Origin: an uncultured Opitutales bacterium | GTDB lineage: Bacteria; Verrucomicrobiota; Verrucomicrobiia; Opitutales; UBA9783 | Length of the DNA: 32,000 bases | Assembly: GCA_934691225.1 (NCBI GenBank) | Contig: CAKUSQ010000001.1 | Location: 668,228-700,227 of the forward strand | Direction: 5' to 3' | Part shown: positions 9,486 through 17,598 of the stretch, piece after piece | Layout of the letters: every line of letters starts with the position of its first letter | Numbering within the stretch: position 1 is the first letter of the stretch | Position numbers and translations under genes: made by a program | Notes under the pieces: model-generated | The model's database searches: none | What the model was told of the DNA's origin: nothing | Seen by the model: the letters and a program-made list of their open reading frames with translations, nothing else

Positions 9486-10212
9486 GATTTTTGTTCTTTG
9501 TGCCGGTGAAGGGAAACGTTTGCGTCCGTATACAGAAGATAAACCTAAGTGTATGGTACCTTATAAAAACAAACCATTATTGCAGTATCAGTTAGAGGTT
9601 TTTGAAAAATTTCATTTAAATGATATCACGCTTATCGGCGGGTACCACTATGAAGCTTTACCGAAAGACTTGTACCCTGTGGTTGTTAATCATGATTTTT
9701 CAACTACCAACATGCTTTTTAGCTTGTTTTGTGCCGAAAATGATATGCCAGAAGACCACGATATAATTATAAGCTATGGAGATATTATTTACAATGCTTC
9801 TGTTTTAGAATCTTTATTAAAAGCTAACGATGCTTGCAGTATAATTACGGATATTGATTGGCGAACTTATTGGAATAATCGTATGGAAGATCCACTGAAA
9901 GATGCTGAAACATTTCGTTGGAATGTAGAAACGCGTCGTATTTTCGAGTTAGGTAAGAAGCCAAAAACACTAGATGATATTCAAGGGCAGTATATCGGTT
10001 TATTTAAAATTGCAGCTCCATTTGTTAAAAAATTCAAGCAAATGTACGAAACATTTAAACGCACCTATCCGAACTATAAAGATGCGTACATGACAGATTT
10101 TTTACAGTTTCTCATTAATAAAGATTTCCCAACGTTTGGTGTTCCTATACATAATAAATGGGCAGAATTTGATACCGTTAATGATTTAAATCTAGATATT
10201 CATTGGTTATGA
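9472..10212 (+). CDS. LicC/Cj1416-like nucleotidyl (cytidylyl) transferase
   Basis: N-terminal signature LCAGEGKRLRPYTEDKPKCMV (GxGxRLxPxTxxxPK) in a single-domain protein of about 246 aa. Its start overlaps the amidotransferase stop by 14 nt. Confidence 0.85.
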   Translation: MKNTKIFVLCAGEGKRLRPYTEDKPKCMVPYKNKPLLQYQLEVFEKFHLNDITLIGGYHYEALPKDLYPVVVNHDFSTTNMLFSLFCAENDMPEDHDIIISYGDIIYNASVLESLLKANDACSIITDIDWRTYWNNRMEDPLKDAETFRWNVETRRIFELGKKPKTLDDIQGQYIGLFKIAAPFVKKFKQMYETFKRTYPNYKDAYMTDFLQFLINKDFPTFGVPIHNKWAEFDTVNDLNLDIHWL

Positions 10213-11522
10213 AAGATTTTTTAAAAAATTCGTTGTTTAACTGTTTATTACCTTGGGCATTTATTTGTTTTCGGTATAATCAATGTCATGGATATTTTGC
10301 TGAAAGCTACGAAGTTTTATTCGCTTTTTTAGGACTTATATGGCTTGTTAACATTTTTTTGTCATTTATAAAGTTACCGATTAACTTTATTGTATCTTTG
10401 TGGGTTGTCCTTATTTTACCTAATTTGTCTGGTAGCTTAATAAAGGATATTATTTATAAGATTTTTTTCGTTTTAGGGTGTACTTCTGTTATAAAGAAAT
10501 CATCTACAAATCCGATTAAAATTTTACTTTCAATTATTATTGGATTTAACCTTTTTCAAATTGTTCAAAGAGATTATTGTGCAAGAAAAACAGCTAATAA
10601 ATTGATAAAAAATGTTTCTATAAATAAAAATTTTTCATGCAATGAAAACATTTATTGGATTGTCTGCGATGCTTACACAAGTTTGGATGGTTTGAAGGAT
10701 TATTACCACTTTGATAATACAAAATTTTATCAAGATTTAAACGATTTAGGATTCTTAACACCTGATGGACAAGTGCCATATAAGAAAGTAAATCAATTTC
10801 CAACGTTAAAAGCACTAAATTTTTATACCAATTTTAATCATTTTGATGTTACAAAAGAAAATTCTTTGACATTACATTATGGGTTAAAATATAACATTTT
10901 TTTTAATACTTTAGTTGCAAAAGGTTATTCATTGTGGGCAACTTATTCTAGAGCCCCGTTTTTATACAAATTACAAAATGTGAGTTCGTTAGGGAACAAA
11001 GGTGTTTCAGTAGCTTTGCAATTTTTTTATCATTGTTTTAACCATAATAAGTTTTTAGCAAAAATAGTTTCGAAAAAACTTAATGAGCAACTGTATATTC
11101 ACCAAAAGGATGTTTTTAAGTTTTTACGTTATAATTTTAAAACAACTAATAAATGTTTTTATTATATTCATATAGATTCTCCACATGCTCCTTTTGTTAG
11201 AGGTCAAAACAATGAATTTGTAAATGATCAAAAAAGTGTCGTTTGGGGAGAAAATGAGGTTGGAACAAATGCATATAAATTTAAAGATTACCGAAAAGGA
11301 TATATAAAACAATTACAGGGATTAAATAAGAAAGTTTTGGAATTGATTAAGTTGATTTGCCAAAAGGATCCTCATGGAGTTATCATTTTGCAAGGTGATC
11401 ATGGAACATTTACAACCGATGATTTACGAGAACATCAGTCATTTTTGTTTGCTATAAAAACAAATATTGCGTACAAATATCTTCAAACAGAACAATTTTT
11501 CAAACAGTTTATTTATGAATAG
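10209..11522 (+). CDS. Membrane-anchored alkaline-phosphatase-superfamily (sulfatase/NPP-like) phosphotransferase or phosphodiesterase
   Basis: Several N-terminal TM helices are followed by IYWIVCDAYTS (metal-binding Asp), QFPTLKAL (candidate Thr nucleophile, NPP-like FPT), YYIHIDSPHAPF and ILQGDHGTF (DHG motif). It has an ATGA overlap with the upstream gene. Confidence 0.65.
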   Translation: MKDFLKNSLFNCLLPWAFICFRYNQCHGYFAESYEVLFAFLGLIWLVNIFLSFIKLPINFIVSLWVVLILPNLSGSLIKDIIYKIFFVLGCTSVIKKSSTNPIKILLSIIIGFNLFQIVQRDYCARKTANKLIKNVSINKNFSCNENIYWIVCDAYTSLDGLKDYYHFDNTKFYQDLNDLGFLTPDGQVPYKKVNQFPTLKALNFYTNFNHFDVTKENSLTLHYGLKYNIFFNTLVAKGYSLWATYSRAPFLYKLQNVSSLGNKGVSVALQFFYHCFNHNKFLAKIVSKKLNEQLYIHQKDVFKFLRYNFKTTNKCFYYIHIDSPHAPFVRGQNNEFVNDQKSVVWGENEVGTNAYKFKDYRKGYIKQLQGLNKKVLELIKLICQKDPHGVIILQGDHGTFTTDDLREHQSFLFAIKTNIAYKYLQTEQFFKQFIYE

Positions 11523-12735
11523 TATGAGAATTATGATTTTTATATTTATTTTGTTTCTTGTAATAGAACATTTTTTAAAAAAATATTTAATTAAAACAGG
11601 GTTGTTCCTTAAAGAATTTCCTAACATTGATAAGAGGATAATAAATCGTTATAAGACATTTGATAAAGTATTGGGTTGGAAACCTATACCTACTCTAAAT
11701 CATCCGGACAATACAGGATCGTACATAGGTATAAATTCAGGAAGTTTTTTTTCTATAAATGAATTCGGTAGTAGATTTTTTAAAAATTCTTTTTCTTCAA
11801 AATACATAGCGACATTTGGAGATTCTTTTTGTATGTGTAGGGAAGTAAACGATGATTGTACATTTCAATATTTTTTATCACAACAAACTAATTCTTTCGT
11901 TTTTAATTATGGAGTTGGTAATTATGGATTAGATCAAGCACTTTTAAGATTCGAAACAACTAAATTGCCTCCTTCGGTAAAACATGTGATAATGGTAATA
12001 ACCCCTTGGACAATAGAGAGAATTATCAGTATTTGGAAACACTACTGCGAACCAGGTAATTTGTTAGCTGCAAAACCAAGATTTGTATTGGAAAATAAAA
12101 AATTAAAGTTAATCGATAATTTTATTAAGAATACTAGTGATTTTTTAAATTTAAAAAAATATAAGGATTTTTTACATAACTATGACGGTAATTATTGTTT
12201 TTTTTATCAACAATTAAAAACATTTCCAAAAACAGCATTAGGATATTTATTTTCCAATCCAGATGCTATAAAATATATTTTAGCTGTAAGTAAAATAAAA
12301 AGCATAAAACTTGAAGAAAAAAATAGAAAGGAAGCTATAGGAAGCTTTTTAAAGCAATCAGAACCATTTTTATTAAAAAAGTTTTATCAAGAAAATCAAT
12401 ATTTACAATCCTTATATGATAAACAAAAGGAGTTATTAAAAAATATATTGAAAAGGTTTGTAGAGTCTTGTGTTAACGATGATAAGGTACCGTATTTAGT
12501 ATTTTTACCATCATATTCGCATGTAAAATTTATAAAACAAGGAAATCCTTTGTATAGAAATATAGTAAATCCCATATGTGAAGGGATTGGATTGAATTTT
12601 ATAGATGGATTTAATTTTTGGAAAACGTTTGATGAAGACGAATTAAAAAATTGTTACATAGATACTTATGGCCATCATTCAAAAATTGGGAATAAGTATA
12701 TAGCTGATTTGATTTATAAAACGTGGTTTATTTAA
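11515..12735 (+). CDS. Membrane-anchored GDS(L)/SGNH-like esterase or acyltransferase (tentative)
   Basis: N-terminal TM helix (MRIMIFIFILFLVIEHF), ATFGDSFCMC (block I GDS), YGVGNYGLDQ (Gly/Asn blocks) and C-terminal IDTYGHHS (Asp/His block). It overlaps the upstream stop by 8 nt. Confidence 0.5.
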   Translation: MNSMRIMIFIFILFLVIEHFLKKYLIKTGLFLKEFPNIDKRIINRYKTFDKVLGWKPIPTLNHPDNTGSYIGINSGSFFSINEFGSRFFKNSFSSKYIATFGDSFCMCREVNDDCTFQYFLSQQTNSFVFNYGVGNYGLDQALLRFETTKLPPSVKHVIMVITPWTIERIISIWKHYCEPGNLLAAKPRFVLENKKLKLIDNFIKNTSDFLNLKKYKDFLHNYDGNYCFFYQQLKTFPKTALGYLFSNPDAIKYILAVSKIKSIKLEEKNRKEAIGSFLKQSEPFLLKKFYQENQYLQSLYDKQKELLKNILKRFVESCVNDDKVPYLVFLPSYSHVKFIKQGNPLYRNIVNPICEGIGLNFIDGFNFWKTFDEDELKNCYIDTYGHHSKIGNKYIADLIYKTWFI

Positions 12736-12789
12736 AACTTTTATATCAATAAAGTAACCAGAATTTTCTTTGATTAAAGAAATTGTAAT

Positions 12790-13771
12790 TAACTTGTGTC
12801 TATCTTGCATTTATACGAGCGATAGAATCATCAGTTAAAAGACCGGAAGCCAAAAGTTGAGCAATTTTCATCTCCAATAATGGTTCTAGCGACGGATAAA
12901 TACTCAGATAATCTTTGATTATCGTTTTGTGCATATGGATATGAAATTGCCATGCAGAAAAAAAGCTATTGTACAACTATACCCAAATACACTTTCAAAG
13001 CAAGGAATGTTGAGTGAAGGGGGCATGCCGCGTGAAACCTGGCTGTTTTTCTTGCTAACTCCATAACTTATCTGGTTTGTAATTCTCCATTTTTATAATT
13101 TGTAAGGGACATTTAGACGTGCCTAAATTCTTGACTATTGAACCTGGAATGTTTAAAACAGAAAAGTTAACGTGTGGTTGGTAGTTTTTTATTAACATTG
13201 TAGCTAAGTTATCCATGTAAAAATTGAATAATAAAGCCACCTGTATAGCTTTGTAGTTGAGGTTCCAGTAAAGCTCCAGATAGAGGATTAGGACGCTTTA
13301 AAATGAAAACCTTTTTTTTAAATGTAAGCAGGTTTCTAAAGTATAACGCATACAAGTTATGTATGTGTAACATCAAACACTTACATCCACTAGATCTATT
13401 ACTAAAGTATCAATGTTGTCAAATATAGCAGATTCTATTTTTTTTGTATTATTTTTATATAAAGAATTTTTATAAGTGTCATCTTTTACAGCTTCTCCAG
13501 CTTTTGCACAGCCCGTAAGTCTATGTTCTGGAGAAAAAAAGCAGCTTACGCGACTGAATAGATTTCCTTGTTAATCTTGATTGGCATCTGCAAAAATATC
13601 ACTTGTAGGAATATTTTTGGAACTTGTAGCGGACACATGTGTTAAAACACCTATTTTTCTCCCACAGTTTTTTAAGTCATTAAAATTACGCTCTATGAGG
13701 CAATTTACCTCCAATTTCAGTGGCTCTGCATATAAAACTGATGTGAGCGTAAAACAGAAAATTATTACCAT
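12790..13771 (-). pseudogene. DUF1343 / NamZ(YbbC)-like exo-muramidase-family pseudogene
   Basis: Hand translation gives a signal peptide plus KIGVLTHVSATS, an in-frame TAA, and then FFSPEHRLTGCAKAGEAV...DNIDTLVIDLVDVSV. A TGA follows, then CYTYITCM. After a frameshift the reading is VFILKRPNPLSGALLEPQL...GGFIIQFLHG followed by a stop. These match the family blocks FxPEHG, DxQDVGxRxYTY and LDRPNP. Confidence 0.6.
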
Positions 13772-14025
13772 GACTGATTTTGCTTGTAATTTATGCGATG
13801 TTATTTTGCAAAAATGGTAACTGCCGAAAATATCGATGAATATGAACAGCGGATGTTGGAAAATTTAAAAACATTTGAAATAAAAGAACATTACCCTCAT
13901 ATAGATTCTTTAGAGGATTTAATTCAGCAAAATGCCAAAATAAGTAAGTACTAGATCAAGTAAGAAGTTAGATCAAACTGCTTATTACACCCTTACAATT
14001 CTCGAGAACAAATTTTCACTGATTG

Positions 14026-14047
14026 GAATGAACATATAAGTTCATTC
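14026..14047 (-). terminator. Hairpin downstream of the 14059-14577 gene (no clear U-tract)
   Basis: GAATGAAC-ATATAA-GTTCATTC, a perfect 8-bp stem with a 6-nt loop, lies 12 nt beyond the stop codon. Confidence 0.3.
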
Positions 14048-14058
14048 TGCAATAAAAG

Positions 14059-14577
14059 CTACTTACGATTGTTCAACGCTCTCAATGCTTTATCCATTTT
14101 ACTTACATGTTCTTCTGAAGTTTCAAAATCATCTGAATCTGGATTACTCCAGGGAAAAAACCTATACAACTTAATATCATTTAAATCTGGGTCTAAAATT
14201 GTATGCAATTTATCATCTGAGAGATTATAGTGGTCTTTCAATTTTTCCCAGATCATGTTATTTATGACATCCCATTGCTTTGAATATTTACTACAATCTT
14301 TTCTTAGCGCTATGATTGAATAAAATTTATCCAACAAAGAACGATTAGGTTCAGTTTTCAATAGGAAATACGAATATAAGAGTCTTGCTTTTTCATACGC
14401 TATACAACTAAACAAGAACTGTTCTAAAATCTCAACATTTGCCTCAGAAGCCTCAATTTTAATAGAGCTTAATTCTTCTCCATTATAATTTTTCATAAGG
14501 ATTTCAACATCGTTTGTATTTCCAAAACACATTTGCATTTCCAACAACCCTAATATCAATAAGCACATTTTTTTCAT
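14059..14577 (-). CDS. Secreted hypothetical protein (orphan, helical)
   Basis: The ORF is probably headed by the ATG at 14577 (MKKMCLLILGLLEMQMCFG, signal-like). I recognise no family motif. Confidence 0.55.
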   Translation of the reverse strand: MKKMCLLILGLLEMQMCFGNTNDVEILMKNYNGEELSSIKIEASEANVEILEQFLFSCIAYEKARLLYSYFLLKTEPNRSLLDKFYSIIALRKDCSKYSKQWDVINNMIWEKLKDHYNLSDDKLHTILDPDLNDIKLYRFFPWSNPDSDDFETSEEHVSKMDKALRALNNRK

Positions 14578-14661
14578 AGAAAAAATGCTAAATAATAAAG
14601 ACGTAGAGATCAAGGCTATTTTTATAAAATTGGTGTATTTATTGCTTTAAAACAAAAATGT

Positions 14662-15705
14662 ATGTATCAAAAATTAATACGTAAAATTATTATTGGTTTA
14701 TTTTTAACCATATCTTCGCATGTTTTTGGCATAAAATTTGAAGATTTATCTTCTTTGCAGAAGCAAATACATGCGCTTTTATTCCAAATTGCTCGACAGG
14801 AAACACAAGATAAGGAAAATCATTTTGCGGTTGCTCTAGAAATCGTTACGAACACACCAGAAAAAACATACGTATTTTTATTGAAAAATATAAGACACAG
14901 GATTTCGTTTATTTCAGAAGGTACAAGTGAGATAGGAAAAGATAGGAAAAGGGTACACAATAACCTTTATGGAAAAGAACGTGATGATTTTGATAAAAAA
15001 GATTGTAAAGTTCCTAATGGAAGACGTTGCAAATACGTTAATGCAATAACTAAAGAATGTGGTTGTTGGGGATATGAAAGACAAGAATCATGTTATTGTT
15101 ATAGAAAAGGATTTTTTGATAGTGAATTTGCATGTATTGCTTTTTTAGAAAATAATAAAGAATGCATCGCTGATTTTATTAATAAGCAAATAAAGGGTAA
15201 AGTCACAAAAATTTCCTTGCATGGATTTACGACGCGAGATACATGCAGTGCATGTTTTCAACATTTAAAGTCTTATTGCAGAAATGCTAATCGTGAGTTT
15301 CATGACAGAAAGGATTTTAAAATTAAGTGTACAGAAAACATTCCGGAGAATAAAGAAACTTTCTGGAAAAAACTAAAAAGTACATTGGGGGAAAAAGTAA
15401 AAAATTTGTCAGTTCCTGTCGATTTTTATATTTCTTCAAGGATTTATTTTAGTGGAAGCAGACGGTTAGTAAGACCTATGGTGGATGACAAAAATATAGA
15501 CAATCCTATGAAAATGCTTGTTTTGAGGAAGGAATTTGTCAAAGGACAAGAAGAAATAACAGACGCATTCACATGTAATTTAGATGGAGATTTTTGTAGT
15601 TATTTGAATGAACAAGAACAGCATTTAAAAGCTATAAATGACCAAATAAATAAGGACCGCACAGACGTAGGCGTAATAGACATAAGCGATCAGATAAATA
15701 AGTAA
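14662..15705 (+). CDS. Secreted Cys-rich hypothetical protein with a deaminase-fold-like motif arrangement
   Basis: The signal-like N-terminus is MYQKLIRKIIIGLFLTISSHVFG. The order of elements is HFAVALEIV...YVFLLKN, then a Cys-rich insert, then FFDSEFACIAFL, then about 38 aa, then LHGFTTRDTCSACFQHL. This mirrors the (H/C)xE ... PCxxC layout of cytidine-deaminase-fold proteins, but with Asp where His or Cys is expected. Confidence 0.6.
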   Translation: MYQKLIRKIIIGLFLTISSHVFGIKFEDLSSLQKQIHALLFQIARQETQDKENHFAVALEIVTNTPEKTYVFLLKNIRHRISFISEGTSEIGKDRKRVHNNLYGKERDDFDKKDCKVPNGRRCKYVNAITKECGCWGYERQESCYCYRKGFFDSEFACIAFLENNKECIADFINKQIKGKVTKISLHGFTTRDTCSACFQHLKSYCRNANREFHDRKDFKIKCTENIPENKETFWKKLKSTLGEKVKNLSVPVDFYISSRIYFSGSRRLVRPMVDDKNIDNPMKMLVLRKEFVKGQEEITDAFTCNLDGDFCSYLNEQEQHLKAINDQINKDRTDVGVIDISDQINK

Positions 15706-15738
15706 ACAATTCCATTGAAGCAAAATCAAAATGAACTA

Positions 15739-15771
15739 AGTGAATCTATATTAGATTCACTATAATTTTTT
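15739..15771 (+). terminator. Rho-independent terminator of the 14662-15705 gene
   Basis: AGTGAATCTA-TAT-TAGATTCACT is a perfect 10-bp stem followed by ATAATTTTTT. Confidence 0.6.
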
Positions 15772-15818
15772 AAATTAAATAGTAACGAGCATAATTGATA
15801 GTTGAAAGAAAAGTATAA

Positions 15819-16110
15819 GTGTTTCTTATATATTGTTTAGACAGGCATGTATTAGCGGATAATGGTTCTCGAGTTGCATTTTATTGGGAAAATGAAAAAG
15901 GCAATTGTCGCATCATTACTTATAAGGATATGTACGATGAAGTTAATCGTTTAGCTAATTATTATAAATCTATTGGCTTAAAAAAAGAGATCGTATCGCT
16001 ATTTATATGCCTGGCTATGTTAGCGGTCGAGCAGATGAAATGGTATCATTAGCAGATAAAGTATCGATGAAAGTGGAATCTACGTTGTGTTTCAGTGGTA
16101 TCTTTTATTG
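15819..16110 (+). pseudogene. Acetyl-CoA-synthetase-type (Acs/PrpE) remnant with a frameshift and a large internal deletion
   Basis: CLDRHVLADNGSRVAFYWENEKGNCRIITYKDMYDEVNRLANYYKSIGLKK matches the Acs N-terminus (LDRH...ITY...). After a +1 shift the reading is RDRIAIYMPGY, joined directly to VSGRADEMVSLADKVSMKVESTL. That segment matches the C-terminal GRxDDVxNVSGHRxGTxExESAL block. Several hundred codons are therefore missing. Confidence 0.55.
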
Positions 16111-16252
16111 GTATACGAACTTTGACAATCAAAATAAAAAATGCAGTTTCTTTAACATCAAATATTTAAAGCCTGTAGCATTTTCAAAATTAATTATTTT
16201 TTCAGGAATTCACTGTGTTATGTGCTAATATCTATGGAACAGTTAAAGAGAT

Positions 16253-16702
16253 TCATGATAATAGATTACAGTACTTCTTAGAAATAGTAGATGCAATCAT
16301 TAACAGCACAATAGATACCCATAATTTGCTAGGATAAAATCTTAGTTTATAAGTAAGTGAAAAAACAGCACAATACATTCCCATTATAAAAAGTGGGGAA
16401 GTACACGGTTGCTTAGCTATAAAAGCTGACAAAGATTTCCATAAATAAAACATCGTAAAATTGAAAGGAACAAGCAATAAAAGGTACAGCAAATAAAACG
16501 GAGCATTCTCAAAACAACAAAAAACAAGCCCAATAAAAGCATTAATAAAAGAAACAAAATTTACTGAAATACTTTTTTGTAGTATCAAATGAGGCCAAAA
16601 TCTAAACCAATGAAATAAACAGAGTGCTAAGAACAAATATTTGTAAGAAACGTAAAAAAATAACAATAAAAACAATAATAACGATGTAATTTTATTAAAC
16701 AT
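16253..16702 (-). CDS. Small polytopic membrane protein, unknown function
   Basis: 149-aa ORF with about four hydrophobic segments. Its ATG overlaps the end of the upstream reading frame (TATGTTTAA). Confidence 0.5.
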   Translation of the reverse strand: MFNKITSLLLFLLLFFYVSYKYLFLALCLFHWFRFWPHLILQKSISVNFVSFINAFIGLVFCCFENAPFYLLYLLLLVPFNFTMFYLWKSLSAFIAKQPCTSPLFIMGMYCAVFSLTYKLRFYPSKLWVSIVLLMIASTISKKYCNLLS

Positions 16703-17086
16703 AATCTACAAAATTATCTACTTTAAACATACCACCATCATTCAACGTTAAAACAAAGACATTGTGTATTTTCTTGTGTGTTTTTAACAATTTATATGAA
16801 AACTCACTAGATCTAAAACAAGCAATAGCAATTATGGTTGCCAGAGAAGTATGTCCGCCTAACAAATAGCCAAATTGCTCCGTCGGTGAATAGCAAATAC
16901 TTTCTTTTAAAATACCATCTCAGAGAATATATCAACACCATAAGTGTTGCTTACATTATCCAAAGCGTCTTGTCTGGTATCGTACAAATAAACAATCATC
17001 TCCTGTTTATTGCATTGATGGAAATAATTTAATGCTTTCAAGTAACGTTGACCTGCAAAACCTGCCCCGAATAATGCTACTTCCAT
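16700..17086 (-). pseudogene. Rossmann-fold (Gfo/Idh/MocA-like) oxidoreductase fragment, frameshifted and truncated
   Basis: The ATG at 17086 (TAATG overlap with the upstream stop) gives MEVALFGAGFAGQRYLKALNYF..., a GxGxxG dinucleotide-binding start. The frame ends after about 59 codons and continues in another frame to 16700. The total of about 129 codons is far too short for the family. Confidence 0.35.
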
Positions 17087-17592
17087 TATAATTGCTCCAG
17101 TAAATTTTTATCTTCGTTTAATTGTGTTTTATTCACAAAAAAACTTGGGATTTGATTCATGAGATAGAAGTGATACCGTCTAACGATACTATCCTTGGGA
17201 TGTTGTTGAAGCAATTTATCAAATACTCGCAAGCTTTGTTCCATATAGACTAATTTTTGAGATAGATTAGGTTCAATATTAGATTTCAATGCTAAACAGT
17301 AAGCTTCACAAATAGAACGTTGCAAATCCGTGAGTTGCAAGTTTTTTATTTGTTTTTCTGTATAATTAAGTCCAATATAGCCGCCTTGTAGCGCATTGTT
17401 AGATAAAATTTTTAAAACTTCATCTAATGGTTCTACATTAGAAACATCTTGAAAATGCATTTCACCATTTGTTTTTTTTAAACGATTTACATTATGCGGA
17501 TTGTTTTGCAAATAAAAAGCAACACCACATGCAACTATGAACAACACAAATATTATATTCCCGACTTTTAATATAAACGTTTTATTGATCAT
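17086..17592 (-). CDS. Single-pass membrane-anchored hypothetical protein
   Basis: 168-aa ORF with an N-terminal TM helix (IIFVLFIVACGVAFYL) and a helical remainder. It sits 7 nt downstream of the FabZ-like gene. Confidence 0.55.
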   Translation of the reverse strand: MINKTFILKVGNIIFVLFIVACGVAFYLQNNPHNVNRLKKTNGEMHFQDVSNVEPLDEVLKILSNNALQGGYIGLNYTEKQIKNLQLTDLQRSICEAYCLALKSNIEPNLSQKLVYMEQSLRVFDKLLQQHPKDSIVRRYHFYLMNQIPSFFVNKTQLNEDKNLLEQL

Positions 17593-17598
17593 GTCGTT

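Noticed and set aside
12736-12800. An AT-rich inverted repeat (TTTCTTT-GATT-AAAGAAA) after the operon's last gene might be a terminator.
   Set aside because: The stem is only 7 bp with a single G-C pair and has no convincing U-tract. It is too weak to call.
13571-13820. ORFs 13571-13771 (minus) and 13581-13820 (plus) might be independent small genes.
   Set aside because: The minus-strand ORF is the N-terminal piece (signal peptide plus first conserved block) of the DUF1343-like pseudogene. The plus-strand ORF is its antisense shadow.
14931-14950. A perfect 10-bp tandem duplication (GATAGGAAAA twice) lies inside the deaminase-like ORF and might be a frameshift switch.
   Set aside because: There are only two copies and the ORF reads through in frame (EIGKDRKRV). 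Two units are too few to argue for slipped-strand regulation without population data.
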